NCBI RefSeq assembly: GCF_009914755.1
Contig: NC_060926.1
DNA: 64,000 nucleotides
DNA from: the human T2T-CHM13v2.0 reference genome, Homo sapiens
Strand: one strand, 5' to 3'
Of this stretch, positions 18,094 through 34,347 are shown piece by piece. How positions within the stretch are numbered: the first letter of the stretch is position 1; each line of letters opens with the position of its first letter. Below the pieces are notes generated by a model. That model was not told where the DNA came from and ran no database searches. It saw only the letters and a list, made by a program, of their open reading frames with translations. Made by a program: the position numbers and the translations under genes.

Positions 18094-21000
18094 TTATTTT
18101 CTTAGATCCAGATTTTTGCCCAAATTTTTTTCCTAGTCATTTCAAATTCAGATATCAATAGATAGCTCACTCACTAGACTTCCTACATTGTATGAACAAT
18201 ACATAAAATTATCAAATGATTCCATAAATACAACTGAACACTAGGCACAGATGTCCACCCTAGTGACTGGATAAGGGCGAGGGAGGCCTAGAGGTGCTCA
18301 CTGAGGTCCTTGACACCGCGTGAGAAGGGCAGTGCTGGCCTGGCCTGACTCGGCCATTTTCACTTCCAAAATATATGGAAAAAAGCAAAAATCAAAAGGA
18401 TAACTTTAATGATAGCACATACATAAATAGGTGAATACCTTCCCTCAAATCTTTTAACTCGTGTATAAATTTGGCAGGGGCATCATCATATACTTTGACA
18501 CAGAGTATATTATCAGATACAAAGATATCCTTCAAGACCACAAAGGAAACACAAAAAGAATGTCACACAACTTTCTCCATCAGTCCTGAAGCATTAAATA
18601 AGAGACCATCTTTCCTCGGGTGTCGTTGATTGTACAGAATACCCAGTGTTTCTATTTCTTTCCATTTACCATACTTCAACAATTTATACCTTTTGATATA
18701 ACTCATTCTTTCTAATTTTTCCTGAATACGAAATTTCTCATTTTGAAAAGTGGGTTTTTTCCTCTTAAGTCAAACACAAAGTCAGTCTTCTCCCTGGGGT
18801 GCTCTGCTGGGAGACCCCTCCTGCCCACTCAGGTGTCCCCTGCAACCAGCACACATTTTCAGTGACTACTTCTTCAGGAGGCCAAAATGAGCAAAGAAGC
18901 AGCATGCCAGCGTTCACAGGTCTTCATAACTCCACAGAAAGGAGGACTCCTCAGAACGCACGCCTGAGAATCAGGTCTGTGGACATCCTGAGATCACCGT
19001 CACCACCAGGGCACCAGAGTGCGGCTGCCAGGGCCCGCCCCGTCCCGGGGCCAGCTCCCCAGGCAGCACCCACACAGGCCACACTGAGTCTCTGCGGACA
19101 CCTGCAGCCGGAGGGCCCCCAAACGCAGACCATCCCTGCCCCTTGCCCCGGGACAGGTCTGTGCTCAGCACTCCGCGCACGAATGGGAAACGTGAGGGAA
19201 GGAAAAACTGGAGCAGGAAGACAAGGAAAACCGCCGTGGGCGAGCATGACGGGCGGGCACCTGACGCGCGGGTCCCGAGGAAGGCCGAACCCGACAGAAT
19301 CCCTGGAGCCTCGTCTCTGCCAGGCAGTGTGCTGACAGGGCGCCTGTGGTTTTCTGGGGTCCTTGGCCTTTCACAGCCCATGGCAGCTGGGGACCGATGT
19401 AAGACCCAGGCACCACCACGGCACAGTGGCTGTGAGCTGCTCAGCGAGGCTTCAGTGCAGGCAGGCAGGGGTGGAGTCCCCCAAGCAAAGCCCAGAAGGA
19501 TGAGGAGGTACTGACCGAGGGAAGGAAAGGGGGTATTTCAAGCCCCACGGAGAGCGATGGGTGTAAAAATCCCTCCACCCAGACTGCAATGCAGGTTGGC
19601 CAGGGGGACGGCTGAGTGGGTGGGACTTGGCACCTGCTGCACAGGTGCTACGGGAAATGACGGCCCAGGGTGCACAGGATCTTAGAGAGGCTGGGGCCCC
19701 AGGCAGCCTGGGGTGTCCTCCACCCCTCCCTGAACAATTGAGGAAACAGGACCAAAGACAGGAAATGGCTCCCCAAGTATACTGAGGTCATCATTGAATT
19801 CAAACGCATGTTTCCTGACTGGCCAGGTGTGTTTTCTGACCTGTGTCCACAGCTTCCCAAAGAGCCTTCTTTCTGGATCAGGGACACTCAGATCCCCCTG
19901 GACTGCATCCGGGCTCCCGGGCATTCCTGCATTCCGGTCTCCCAGTGTCACCAGGAATGCATGTTTTCAATAGCTCTGGGCTGTAGAGCCGATCCGGGGA
20001 AGGGGTGCAGTTCGCCAGGGTCAGGCACAAGCCACCCTCCCTGGACATACAGCCCTTTGCCCAAGTCTCTCACTGAGGTCTGGTGGACTCGCTTATCCCC
20101 TCCCCAACAGCTCCCTGCCCGAGGGCGGGGCTCGGGCTGCCCTCAGGCTCACTGTACAGCGTTTAACGAATGGAACCCAAGCTGCAGCACCAGAGACCCC
20201 AGCTCACCTAACCCTGGGTGCTAAAGGCAGCCTGGCCAGCTCAAGAAGCCCTCCCCATCATCCAAAATTTCAGCAAACATCTACTTGGTGATTCACAGAT
20301 GCCCTTCCTCATTCAGCCTCGTTTCTCCCCTGACTTGCCCTTTCCTTCCTTAAAAATAACACTGGACTCACCCAGCACAAAGCCAGATGAGGATTTTCCG
20401 ATCCACTCAGGATGGAAGAACTGTTTGCTATGAAGATTTGCTCGCCCCCACTGAGTGAAACGCTTGTTGGATATGAGAACTTGCTCCTTTGCAAGCTCTC
20501 CCTACATCTGGGTGTTCCCTGGATACGTCCATGTGTTTCTGCAATGAGCTGCACTGTCCTTCTCTGTAGAGACAGACCTCCTCCCAAATCTACCCACGCC
20601 CTGTCCACGCTCACTTGAATCAACACACACTTTCGGAAACATGAGCACCGTGGGTCCTCAGGATGCACAATCCCAGAGTGGTCTCCCCCCTGCACCGCTT
20701 GGCCTCAAACTCTCTGACAACATCGCTGTGTCCAGTGAGCCAGTGACCCGTGACCACGGATCAGCAGCTGTGGCAGGAGGACGTCACGCTGCGTCACAGC
20801 AAACAGCTGCTTTCATCCACATTCCTAAAACCGTGACAAATTGCAGCTCCTCAGGAATGGGCTCAGTTTGCCGAGTGAAAGGTGACTGGCCGAGCAAACA
20901 AACCAGGACAAATCCTCCTTTTTACCAGGACATTGTAATGAAAAATCAACACGCTGACTTCACAGCAAAGTACGACTTCACGTTGGCCAAAGAAACTAAG

Positions 21001-21534
21001 AGCGTTTCATGACACACTGCATACACTAACTAGAACTACAAGGGAAAGAAAGGTTTTCTCCAAAATAATGTCACCACAATTGAAGAAATTCAGCTTCATG
21101 TGTTCACAGTCATAAGGAGGAACAGTGAACGAGGCAAAGAGCCCTCTCCTCCCCGGGCACCCTGGATATTTCCCCTGTGAAGGATGCCTTGATCGGACTT
21201 GGGCGCCTGCCTGTCTCTCCTCTAAGTTGTGACAGGGATTCCATCGATATTACTGTCCTTGGTGTCAGGAAAGCATGGCCCAGGGCCTGGTGCCGCCGTA
21301 AGGAAACCAGGGATACGTCCTGAGGGGTGGGTGGAGGGCTGGCTGGGTGGAAGGCGGGGCGGAGGGCAAATGACTCGCCCATCCCTGTTTTTCCGTCATC
21401 ATGCACGTACTCCCCGCACCTCAGGTAGCATAGTCATGCATCATGCAAACAGCTAGCTCACTCCACTGGTCCCTACAAGAGGAAAACAGCCAGACGGCAT
21501 CCAAGAACTAAAGCACGAAGAGAAGGGGCACTTA

Positions 21535-21651
<117 letters not shown>

Positions 21652-22179
21652 TCAAACTTCAGACGGAAAAGAAGAATTAAATTGACACATGGAGACAGTT
21701 TTACAATTAATGACTGTATTAGAATGCAAACAAACCATCTGCACGGTGAGTACAGTGCCTCTCCCAAGGGCTTCCCTTCCCTCAGATCTCAAGGGGGCTA
21801 AAAGCAACCGGTGCCAACTGAAGGTGATCAAACCACTGCGACGGGTTTTTCAGGCAACTCACAGACCTTAGACTATGGCTAATGAATTGCTGACAATACA
21901 TTTGCTTCAAAGCCTGAAGAAGATAAAAACCATTTTCCACAGGCATGTATAATGCATTGGCTGTAAGATTCTATAACTGATACTGATACATCTCCAAAAT
22001 ACCTAGAAATAATTTGGGGAGTGGACAATATGAAGACCGAATGCACCTTGAATAACTCACCCCTAGAATCCCATTCTTAGAAAACAGAAGCAACAGAGGC
22101 ATACTGGAAGAGCCACACAATTGGCCTGGCTCTTGTCTTTGTGTAAAATGGTGGAAAATCTCAATAGGAGAATCCTATT

Positions 22180-22363
22180 TCCTAACATGTGAACTTGGAA
22201 TGCCAGCGTCCATAAATGAAGCTCTGCTGGAACACGCCCACACTCGCTCACTCCGCACCATCTGGGGCTGCGCTGGCGCTGTGTGGCCGAGCTGAGTGGT
22301 CCCAGTAGAGACTGCGCAGCTCACAGAGGACTGGTCCTGCACAGAAAACACTTGCCAAGCCTG
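22180..22363 (-). mobile_element. MER58-like DNA transposon relic
   Basis: ataaatgaagctctgctggaacacgcccacactcg...cacagaaaacacttgccaagcctg. Confidence 0.55.
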
Positions 22364-23331
22364 ATGGAGGATGAAAATTTCCACACCAAAGTATCACAAT
22401 TCCAAAAAGAGCCACAAAACCATGCGCATTGTGCCCACCCATCTCGGACATGACTCGCCTTCAGCCAGCTTGCCTCACAACACAGCTCTAGGCCAGCAGC
22501 TTGGGGGACCCCAAGAAGGCTGTGAATCTGTGTCTGTGCCCAGACATGGGGAGCCCTGCCACTACCGTTTCTTAGAATCCCTGGGCTCCATCTCTGACAT
22601 AGGCAGATGGGCAAGTCAAAATCCACGCTTTTCCTACTTTTCAAATTCAGGCAGACACGTCTCTTCAAAATTGATTACTTATGCCTGGGTTTCACCTACT
22701 CGTTCCACTAAATAACCAACATTTTTTGTCTTAATGCTTATAATATTATATAATTCATATCCAGAAGGGCCGAGTGTTTGATTGTAACTTAATTAATAAT
22801 GTCTGGTGCAGGATCCAGTTTAACAGGACCAGCCCTGCTAACCTTATTTCTTACAACCCATCTAAGTGGCTCTCACGTCCTCCCTCCCTGCGAATTTGCA
22901 GAGCTGACCTCATAAAGAGTTACAAGCCTTAACACGAACCACCCAGAACTCCCCAGCGACCGAGAGCCCAGTGCCCGCAGCAGAGGCCTGGCAAGGCTGT
23001 TACTTCTCTAGGCCGCATACGTGGGAATCCTTGAACTTCCACGTAATGACTGGGCCTCAGTTTCCTCTTCTCTAAAATGGACAGAAGTTGTTGAAATTAA
23101 TGTGTGTGTATATATATAAAGCTCTTACAATATGGCCCCTGCACACATTAACCATTGTTCACATGGGAGTTGTTACTATACTTCTACAGAAGGCAAGTTT
23201 AAATGTAATTTTCTGTGCCCATTTATTTAAAAAGAAAAACAAAAACAAAGTATCAATGAGAACATCGCTTTAGACCCATTTTAAAAAATGAAAGGGAATC
23301 TTTTTAAAGAATACACAGGACAACTGAATCA

Positions 23332-23703
<372 letters not shown>

Positions 23704-24864
23704 GGGTGAGTATTGACCATAATAATAAATTGTGATTTTCTACTTCATCATAGAGTTGACCCTTGAATGAGTCCTAACTGTCTCAAGAAATAATTTCATT
23801 AAGCAATGTGAACTAAAGGGAAGGCTTATGCCTTACTAGAAGTAATTGGAGTTCCAAGAAATAAGAACTACTCAACCTCTACAAGTATAGTTTGGTACTG
23901 ACTCAATATAGAAGGCTGAAATAATGAATAAATTTCAGGAGAGCTCTTAAGCATATAGGTTGTACACAGGTGAAATCACAGCATTTAACTCTCACACAGT
24001 TTCCTAAATCAGCACTTATCAAATGTACTCCACCAATGAGAGCTGAGAAGCGGAGGCTGCAGCTGCTGGGTGAAAGGGTCCCCGGGCCTCTCTGGACAGC
24101 TTCCCTCCACTGCCCTGGTCTTTAGTCCGTTTCTGAGTCATGACCCACGGCCCCTTCACCACTGGCCTGTGCTTCTTCCACCCCAGTGATCTGTGTCCTC
24201 CACCACCAGGGACACCGCAGTTTGTTACCGAGGGAGAGAGGGAAGAGTTTGGAGTGTGGGCGCTCAGAGCCGGCTGTGCAGCAGATGAGGTCGGAAGAGG
24301 GTTATTGAAAAGAGATCAGTGAAAACAGAGCATCCCCAACAACTCCACTTTGAACGTGTTTGCTGAGTGCATACTAAGTTGCTCTTAATAATTCAAAACC
24401 AGTGACAAAAAATGAAATAAAATATTAAAAAACCTGTTAAACCTATTAAACACACATATACACACACAAGGAATGCTGGCTATCAGCTGACTGGATCTAC
24501 TTTCCAGGAAACAAAAGCCCTCTTCTGGAACTTGCACAACATTCAAAATACCAAAAAAAAAAAAAAAAAAAAAAAGGGTAAATAAACAAATAAAAGGCCT
24601 GCCTCTCATTTTAGAAATAGAAATGTGGGACCAGGCTTCATCATGTTTATATGAAATTAAAAATTAACATCCTATGCCACAATGATGGAGGGAAAAAGGA
24701 TGTATGTAACACTGACAAATATCGCACAGAGGGAATATATTTTAATAAACAGAGTTAAAGGTAGCTCTGTAATTAACAGTCACAGACACAGCTAGAATCA
24801 AAACAGATTTCAGAGTATACATCAACAATAACAAGACGACTTTGTTTTAAAAATCAAAATAACT

Positions 24865-25013
24865 ACAGCATTAGCACAAATACCTAATGCATGTGGAGTG
24901 TAAAACCTAGATGACGGGTTGATGGGTGCAGCAAAGCACCATGGCACGTGTACCCCTATGTAACAAACCTGCACGTTCTGCACAGGTATCCCAGAACTTA
25001 AAGTAAAATAAAA
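24865..25013 (+). mobile_element. Severely truncated L1PA7/8-like 3' end with 16-bp TSD
   Basis: L1 3'UTR terminus flanked by aaaaatcaaaataact at 24849-24864 and 25014-25029. Confidence 0.9.
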
Positions 25014-25831
25014 AAAAATCAAAATAACTTAAACATGTTTAGGTTCACATATGATAAAAATTTCCAACAAAAATGGCTGAAATAATTTTTATTAAAAATA
25101 GCTCTCTTTGGAAAGTGACTAAGTCTTAAAAGAATACTCTTCTAAAAGCACACGACACACACTTCGTCACCTTTCCAATTTTATAGCAAGTATGTGTGTG
25201 ACTGAGACTAAACCAGTACTTCCCAGGAAGCTCATTTTCTAAACTGCAAAACTGATCTCAACGAGCAGAAGATATGTTAAATGAAAATAAATCGATTAAA
25301 ATCAGTTTTTAAAAGTGAAATAAAATTTAACTGCACAAAAGTAAGAGGTGAAATCACTTAGCGGGAGACAGGAAAATCTGCAGGAATTAGTGACACTCCA
25401 CCGGGGTTAGTTATTTCGAGTTTACATGTCACCTGCAGCTGGCAAGGCGACCGGAAACTATTTTGATAGCTGATTTCTGCAACACACCCGTCAGCTGTTC
25501 ATATCGGCAACTCACTGGGTCATCACTTTCCCCTCTGGAAGCATCACCATCATTTCCAGAGCGATTTTCAGAGGCTGTGCATTTTCATTTTATGCAATCC
25601 ACTTTACTAAGGCTTAGTGATGAAACACTAAAAATCACATAATGTAGCACTTTATATCACTGACAAGCTATTTTAATAATCCCAGCTAAATGTTTACTCA
25701 CCTTCTCAAAATAAAACCTCATTTAAATGAATATATTTACAATAATTCATAAGCAGCACGAAATTTAGCTCTATTTTTAAGTAATCTAGATACCATAAGC
25801 TTTTAGGTTAAAGAACTGATCATTAACTTAC

Positions 25832-25903
25832 AGATATTTTAAATTTTCCAAGTCTTCAAATGCTCCACTAGGTATCCTCTTGATCTGATTATTATTGAGA
25901 AGC
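25832..25903 (-). CDS. PXDN: PXDN exon 3 (LRR, 72 bp)
   Basis: catag|G CTT CTC AAT AAT...AAA TAT CT|gtaagt; [23 protein letters not shown]. Confidence 0.97.
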
Positions 25904-26963
25904 CTATGAAAGAGAGTCGATAAGAATTTTAAAAAACAACAGAAAACAAACTTCGAAGTTGTGTTAAAACATTCCGACAGCCTTGGAAAAGGTCACATTG
26001 ACAATTCAGTTACAGCCTCGCCATCAACATTCAACGAACGCTGAACCCGCAGGACAAAACACAGCTTTCGCGTTTAACCATCATGAAGAAAACGTTGCTG
26101 AGCAATGGTGTCCGTACCACTCCACAGTTACTACCTTTTGATACAGCAGAGAAAAAATTCCTTCTCTCCTATAGAAGGGAGTTTGTATCTTTATCCTGCT
26201 GTCTCTTAGATTTTCTATTTTAGCCAGGACTGTGGCCAGTGCTAAGGCAGTCATGGTGGGAGGGTGGTCCGGGTGGACAGACGTGCCAGGAAAGGTGGGC
26301 CCTGTGGCCCGTGCTCCATTCGAGCGCACAGACAAGGGCCTGGGGTGAGAGACCCCGGGCCACTTGCCCTCCAGGGTCAACAGTGGATAGGCGGCCCAGA
26401 CAGTCCCACAGTCCCCATGACCCTGCTCTTACACCGTTGTGCTCAGTCCTGGTGCAGAAAGGAACCAGCTTCCACTGCACTGGGCGTGTCCTGCAGAGCC
26501 TGAGGTCTGCACAGCAACGCTGGACTTGGCCCTGCCTGCTCCCTCCAGGCATCATGGGACTGCCTTGAACCCTCACTTAAGTCCACTCCACACTCAGAAG
26601 AAGCACTGTCCTGCTCAATCTTGCCACGGAGGAGGTGCAGGAACACAGAGGTCAGCCTGACCCAGCAAGGACTGAGTGATTCTAGAGCAAGTGACCCACA
26701 TGAAGGCCAGGGACAAGCTTAGCGGTCAGCATGGGTCCCAATCAACATGCCACAGACAGGCACACAGCCATGAGACGAGAAACACAGTGGCCACAGTCCT
26801 GGCATTCACAGTCCTGGCATTCAGGGGCATTTTCCAGCCTCACTTTCCTGCTCCACTTTTCCCCACCCAAGCCCACTGATTGTGGATGATGAGTTCTACC
26901 TACAGATAAACAATGTAATGATTTCTATTTTTCTATTAGTTTCCAATAGAATATTTCCACTCA

Positions 26964-27077
<114 letters not shown>

Positions 27078-29165
27078 CTACAAACATCGCTACACATTTG
27101 CTGCTCTTAGTTTCAAAATGGTGACAATGCATTTAAAATATTAAACCACCCAGTTCACTCCTTCAATGAATCTTCTTTTTCACTGAGGCTAGTAAGTGTA
27201 TGAATATGTGTCTGAATGGTGGAACACCAGTAACCCATTACAGAATTTCTAAAAACAGTAATTATGGGGAGAAAAATTACATAAACTACCTAAGCACCCT
27301 ATCTCTGGCAACCCACTGGAAAATGTCGTGTCGATAAGTCTTAGGATAATAAACACAGGTTAGGTTTGATGACATTCAAGAAGAGAGTCACGCCACCTGT
27401 GCAACTGAGTAAACACCTTAGAGTTTACTCCAGTGATTTCCTGAGCTGGAATTAGGCTCTTCCTTAGTCAACGACCTAAACTGCTACCTTCATGAGATTT
27501 AAACTGAATGTTTCAAAACCACAAAAGTGAATTCAGCACGCTAACTGGGAAAATAGGCTTTCTCACATATGGGTTTTACCCTAATGGTTCCAAACAGGCA
27601 TTTTCAGTAAAGTTAAATGTCCACTGTTAAGGCAGTTATTTATTCATATTTCGGGGGTGGAGAGAGGATCCGAATAGCCCATGAGAGACCAGAGAGTACG
27701 CCAGAATCGACACAGAGACTGAATCTGGTGCTGGAAAGAGAAACACTTCAATTCCTGCTAATCTGATGCTCAGGCAGAGCAAGCTGGGAGGCCCCAACCA
27801 CGGAGGCCACGGGCCTGGGGGCAGCACAGGCAGCCAGGTCAGAGGCCTGAAGGCAGCGATGGGAAGTGCAGACATGCAGAGGCGTCGGCTCTACCCTTGC
27901 AGACAGCCCATCCCAGCTTGAATTAAAACTATAAATTGAACAGGTATAGAAACCACTGAAAAATAAACAGAAAGACCAATTTCTTTATCAAATACTCTTA
28001 GAAAAATTAAATTCCTTAATCATAGGTCCAATCTCTTTTAATATCGTCCAGTAGGGATCGGTACGGGTTGAACTGTGTCTCCCCGAAATCCACATGTTGA
28101 AATGCTCAGCCCCAGTGCCTCAGGTGTTTGGTCATTAGGGTATCATAGGTAAGGTCAGGGCATTAGGGTATGATAACATAAAATGTTTATAACCTTCTAA
28201 GGAATCTGATTATCCTATGCCAATGTAATCACTGTCAGTAGTTTGTAGAATTGGTTCTAGTTCATGGTTCAATAAGATACTTCAAAAAAAGTATCTGTGT
28301 CACTGACAGCAACAGCATCCAGCCTAGATGTCAGTGAATGAAATGTGTCCCTCCCAGCGCCGCCCCTGTGCTGTGGGTCAAGTTCTCCTGGAGGAGAAGG
28401 GGAAGGCGGCCCCCCTCTGCCCACCTGGCCCTCCTGGCCATCATTCCACGCCGTGCCCTCGCACCCGGGTTCGCTTTCCTCAGTGATACCCACTGTCCAC
28501 CAACAGTCTCCTCACACGCACCCTCCCCCTGCACCGCCATGCTCCCCTCTAAACAGATGAGATTTTAATTTACATTCATATTCAGAATATCACTAGTGGC
28601 TCCACGGACTCTCCACGTAGGAGCTGCTGAAAGTCAGAAGCATCGAAACTGGGAGGCGGTGCTGGAGGAAGACACGGGAGGGGAAAGCAGCCATCCAGGA
28701 TGCCCACTCACTCCATACGGAAGACACAGATCAAGTACAGATAAGGAGAGAATTCTGACCAGCTGCAATTTCAGGATAAACAAACAATTGCAAAGAAGCT
28801 CCCGTACCTGAGACACAGCAAGCTGAGGGGCTTCCCAGCATTTGAACAGGTAAGAAAGGCTGTCCCGGAAGGCCGAGCCACGCATCACAGCTTAGAGCAA
28901 AAATCAACTCTGACCACATCTGATCCAGAAACCAAGCTGCTCCTCCAGAGCAGAGGATGGAGTGAGCCCCACTTATTCTGGCTCCTCATTCCCCGTGGGA
29001 ACCCACACGCAAGCCACAGAGGAGGCAGCGGCAACAGCGTGGAAGCTGGAAAGCAAGATGTGGACTTGGCTCCTGGAGCCTGGGAAGACAGCAGGAAGAG
29101 CCACAAAACCACCTTCCTGACATGCAGGCCTTTCCCCAGATCTGAAGTCGGTGCCACCAAAACCT

Positions 29166-29950
29166 CTAGAGTGAAGGACAGAGAGGTGCTGTCCCATCCA
29201 CAGGCCCCTGTGCCCTGCTGGACAGAGAGGTGCTGTCCCATCCACAAGTCCCTGTGCCCTGGGTCTGAGCACCTGAGAGGTGGCCTAGAGTGATGGACAG
29301 AGAGGTGCTGTCCCATCCACAGGCCCCTGTGCCCTGCTGGACACAGAGGTGCTGTCCCATCCACAGGCCCCTGTGCCCTGCTGGACAGAGAGGTGCTGTC
29401 CCATTCACAGGCCCCTGTGCCCTGCTGGACAGAGAGGTGCTGTCCCATTCACAGGCCCCTGTGCCCTGCTGGACAGAGAGGTGCTGTCCCATCCACAGGC
29501 CCCTGTGCCCTGCTGGACAGAGAGGTGCTGTCCCATCCACAAGCCCCTATGCCCTGGGTCTGAGCACCTGAGAGGTGGCCTAGAGTGATGGACAGAGAGG
29601 TGCTGTCCCATCCACAGGCCCCTGTGCCCTGCTGGACAGAGAGGTGCTGTCCCATCCACAGGCCCCTGTGCCCTGCTGGACAGAGAGGTGCTGTCCCATC
29701 CACAGGCCCCTGTGCCCTGCTGGACAGAGAGGTGCTGTCCCATTCACAGGCCCCTGTGCCCTGCTGGACAGAGAGGTGCTGTCCCATCCACAGGCCCCTG
29801 TGCCCTGCTGGACAGAGAGGTGCTGTCCCATCCACAAGCCCCTATGCCCTGGGTCTGAGCACCTGAGAGGTGGCCTAGAGTGATGGACAGAGAGGTGCTG
29901 TCCCATCCACAGGCCCCTGTGCCCTGTGTCTGAACACCTGAGAGGTAGCC
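29166..29950. repeat. 44-bp minisatellite with 295-bp higher-order repeat
   Basis: Unit ggacagagaggtgctgtcccatccacaggcccctgtgccctgct, about 15 copies; linker gggtctgagcacctgagaggtggcctagagtgat at 29261, 29556 and 29851. Confidence 0.97.
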
Positions 29951-30924
29951 AGTGTTGAGTAAAAGTGCAAAACTCACACTGGACCTCAAGGACTTCCTAC
30001 AAACAAACAGAACATAAATATATCTTCGATAAAATTTTATATTGAGTGCATGCTGAAACATGTACAAGTTTGGCATGCAGAGTACAATAAAACATTTTTA
30101 AAATTAACTGTTTATTTCTAGTTTTTTCACAAAGTGACCAGAAAATGTTAAATTACATAAGTAGTTCTCATCACATTTCTGTGGATGGCACTGGTCTAGG
30201 TTAAGGGGATCATTTCACAACCTGCTCACAGCAGTTAGACCTCCCACCATGCTCTAAGGCAGAGCACCAAAAAAGACTTCTACTATGAAGAGGGTAAAAC
30301 AAACGGTCCCCTTTACTGCAAAGGGGGTTATCTTAGAAGACAAAGTGAAACCATAAAAAAAGAACCAAACTGAAATTCTAGAACTGAAAAATATAATAGC
30401 TGAAATGAAAAGCTCATTGCATGGACTTAACATATTGAATACTGCAGAGGGGAGAGGACTTGGGAGCTACTCAACATTAGAAATGATCTAATCTGAGGAA
30501 CAGAGATGAAGAAACACTCATACACCAATAGTTATACCACACATATTCATCTGCATGTGTGTGTGTTTACATTTTCTGTCTGATACCACAGCACATGAAA
30601 GGAGCTAGAAAGATTGTCACCAAACCGGACCGTGTGTTTGGGATGGGCTGACTTACAACACAGCTACATCTGCACACGTGTTACTGGAGGGGACTTGCAG
30701 CTGCCTCAGAAACCCTCCTGCTCCAGAGCAACAGAAAGGGCAGAGGGTCCAGGTTCTTGTGGCTCCATCCCTGAGAGACAAGCTCAGGGCAAGAAGACAC
30801 CACAGACACAAGAAGCCAACGTTCGTTTCAAATATGAACCCCAACTTCAAGGTCACGAAGACAAATACAAGGGCTGATTTTTGCCTGAATCATTTCTCAC
30901 TTGCGAGATTCTAGAGAGCTCAGG

Positions 30925-31090
30925 AGGGGTCTGTTCCACAGCACCAGTGCTTGGGAGCCTGTTAGAAAAGCAAATTCTGGGCCCCACCCCAAATCTCCAG
31001 AATCAGAAACTCTGGGAGTGGTTCCCAGTAACGTGGGTTCAAATAAGATTTCCAGGTGATTCTAAGCAAGGTAAAGTTTGGAAGTCATTG
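30925..31090. mobile_element. MER5A-like DNA transposon
   Basis: tgttagaaaagcaaattctgggccccacccc...gaatcagaaactctggg...ccaggtgattct. Confidence 0.75.
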
Positions 31091-33327
31091 TTCTTCGGGA
31101 ATGCTGAAGATATAATGCAAATACACACTATGTATATTTTTAAGTGTGCGTGTGAGGAGATATAGGAAAAGCATTTGCACACACAGGCGAACTCATAAAC
31201 ACTAGTAGCAGGCATTTGCTTGTTTCCTCTGCATTTCCACGTCTGATCCTTAGCTTACTGGTCATCATTGACATAAAGCTTACAATAAATGTAAAGCTAA
31301 ACTCTCCAATTAAAAAGTACTTAAATTTAAGTGCCACATGTAAGTGCTCCCCACTTTACAATTTTTAAAATAAGCTTTGCACATGTCTGGGCAGAACAAG
31401 ACTGTGGGGAGGCATTTGATCCCTGCATTATGCACCTACATATGACTCAACAGCTTGACAAACAGAATTATTATTTTAACAATCATAATAAATAGTTCCA
31501 CAAATAATCCTAACGGGGGGGAAAAACTTCCCCCAAATTTTAAAGATTGAAAGAGCACTTCAACAAGCCTTCCTTGGCTCTTCCCTGGGGCTCCGTGCTC
31601 CCACCCCGTCCTCCTGCAGTGACGTCTCCCCAGGGGGCTGAGGGTACTGGAGAGGGACCCTGGCAGATGTGGCGGCGTGGTCCTAGCTGTGTGCCACATG
31701 CCAATGAGTGGACCACTGGGTCACCTGCCCTCCGCAGCTGCAGGACCATTCTCCCAACAAGCAAGGGGCTCTGGCACGCCCTCTATGAAGTAAGTTGGCA
31801 TGATGAGCATGGAGACAGATTGTAGAAAGTTCTGGGAAACCTATAAGTGGCGTGATTACTAAAGCAAGTGGAACACAGATGAACACTGAGGGCTAACATC
31901 AGGCAGGGCATCCATGAACTCTTGCTGAAGCCAAGGCCAAAGCCCCAGGAGACTGCGATAAAAACGCCACACCCCTGCCTGGGTAAGCGTGAGGGGTGCA
32001 TCCCTTCTAAAGCCTGGGGCCCTAAACCATAAAGCACCAATGACAGTAAGCAGCGGTGAACAAGGTCACAGAAGGACGACAAGTTTGTGTGTGAAAAGTC
32101 CTTCATAAACAGCAAAACTCTGTAAATATCCATTGTGAACATCCCCTGCAATTCCAGTGGGTCTTATCAGCTCATTCACTGAGCACACAAAGCATGGATC
32201 TGAGGCAACCTCTGAGCTAGGCAGCAGCACCTGCACTTGGAGAAGATCGGTGCATACAGGGAACCCTCGAGAGCTCCCAGAAATGATAACTGTAGGGCAA
32301 GGTCACCCCCTACTTCAGAGTAACAAAGGCACGTCCTGGGGAAATGGTCGAGCACACTAAGGCACAGCACATGAAGGTGGCTGACTGAGGGAAGGGAGGA
32401 GAGAATGAGATCCAGGTTAGAAGAAATCCCTTTCCTGGACAAATCGGAATTTAGAAACTAAGAAAGATCAGGTAATTTGTCTAAAGTCAGTCAGTCTGTA
32501 AGTGGCAGAACTAGAAATGCAATTAGAGTCGGCCCAGGGCTCTTTTCTCAGCATTAAAATTGCTCTCATTGAAGGCATTTCAAGAGGTTAATCCTCCCTG
32601 GTAGAATTCACCAGACTCTTCCACTTACATTCAAGAGTTCTCCCAAGTGTTAGAGCAGAGCCGCTGCCTCTGACCTACTTAGGGAACGTCGACGCCAACA
32701 CAAGCCCTCTCAAGTTCAAAGAGAAGACTGCAATAACTATTAAGCATGAACTATGAATTTTTCAATTTACAGTCTCAAAAACAGAACACAGATTCATTTA
32801 CATTTTACATTTAAAAAGCAAGTGAACTTCAAGTCAAGGAGTTTTAGGGTAGTTTTTGTGTTTCCTTTTGTTTTGCTGTAATGTTTCCATTATTCTCAAA
32901 TCTTAATGTACTAAAAATCCTACCAGAAAAAAAAAATGTCAAGAATTGTAGTGTTTGGAACGAAACATCAAAGTACAGGTTTACACTCAATATCAAAATC
33001 ACAAGTCACTGCAGAACCACAGAATAGTTGAAGGTTAGAACTAAAAGGAAGCTTGGAGATCCAAGTTTTAATCTAATTCCCTCCAGGGACTTTTGCCATT
33101 AGATTCCCTTTCACAGTAAACTAAAATGCACAGACCACTTGGTAATGCTTAATTTAATCATGCCAAAGTTATGAATTCTAAAAAGCGGTCACTAAAGATT
33201 ATGTTATAAAGTTTATTCTAATACCTTCCATAATACTGATTTTTAAAATAAAACAATCTTGACTTTTCCCATACGCAAGTCTCAGATGTGTTTGAATTCA
33301 TTTTTAAATATAGAAAATTAAGAATTT

Positions 33328-33736
<409 letters not shown>

Positions 33737-33935
33737 TCAGGTGAGAGCATTGAAATGTAAGAAGTTACTCTCATGATGTGATGGGAACTCTTGCCTTTTG
33801 TTTCTTCTTGCACTAGTCATGTAAGATAGGCCTATGTTTCTAACTAATAAGAGCCAGGGGTTACCTGCAAATATTCCCCACAAGCTATGCATTGCAGAGG
33901 TGAATTGTCTTTTTCTCAATATATTTTTATTATGA

Positions 33936-34347
<412 letters not shown>

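Noticed and set aside
18950-19330. CpG-dense patch in intron 4 as a CpG island or alternative promoter
   Set aside because: Short, within a generally CpG-retaining region, and the observed/expected ratio cannot be computed reliably by eye.
29166-29950. CRISPR-like array of palindromic repeats
   Set aside because: No unique spacers, no cas genes, and the context is a primate intron; it is a minisatellite.
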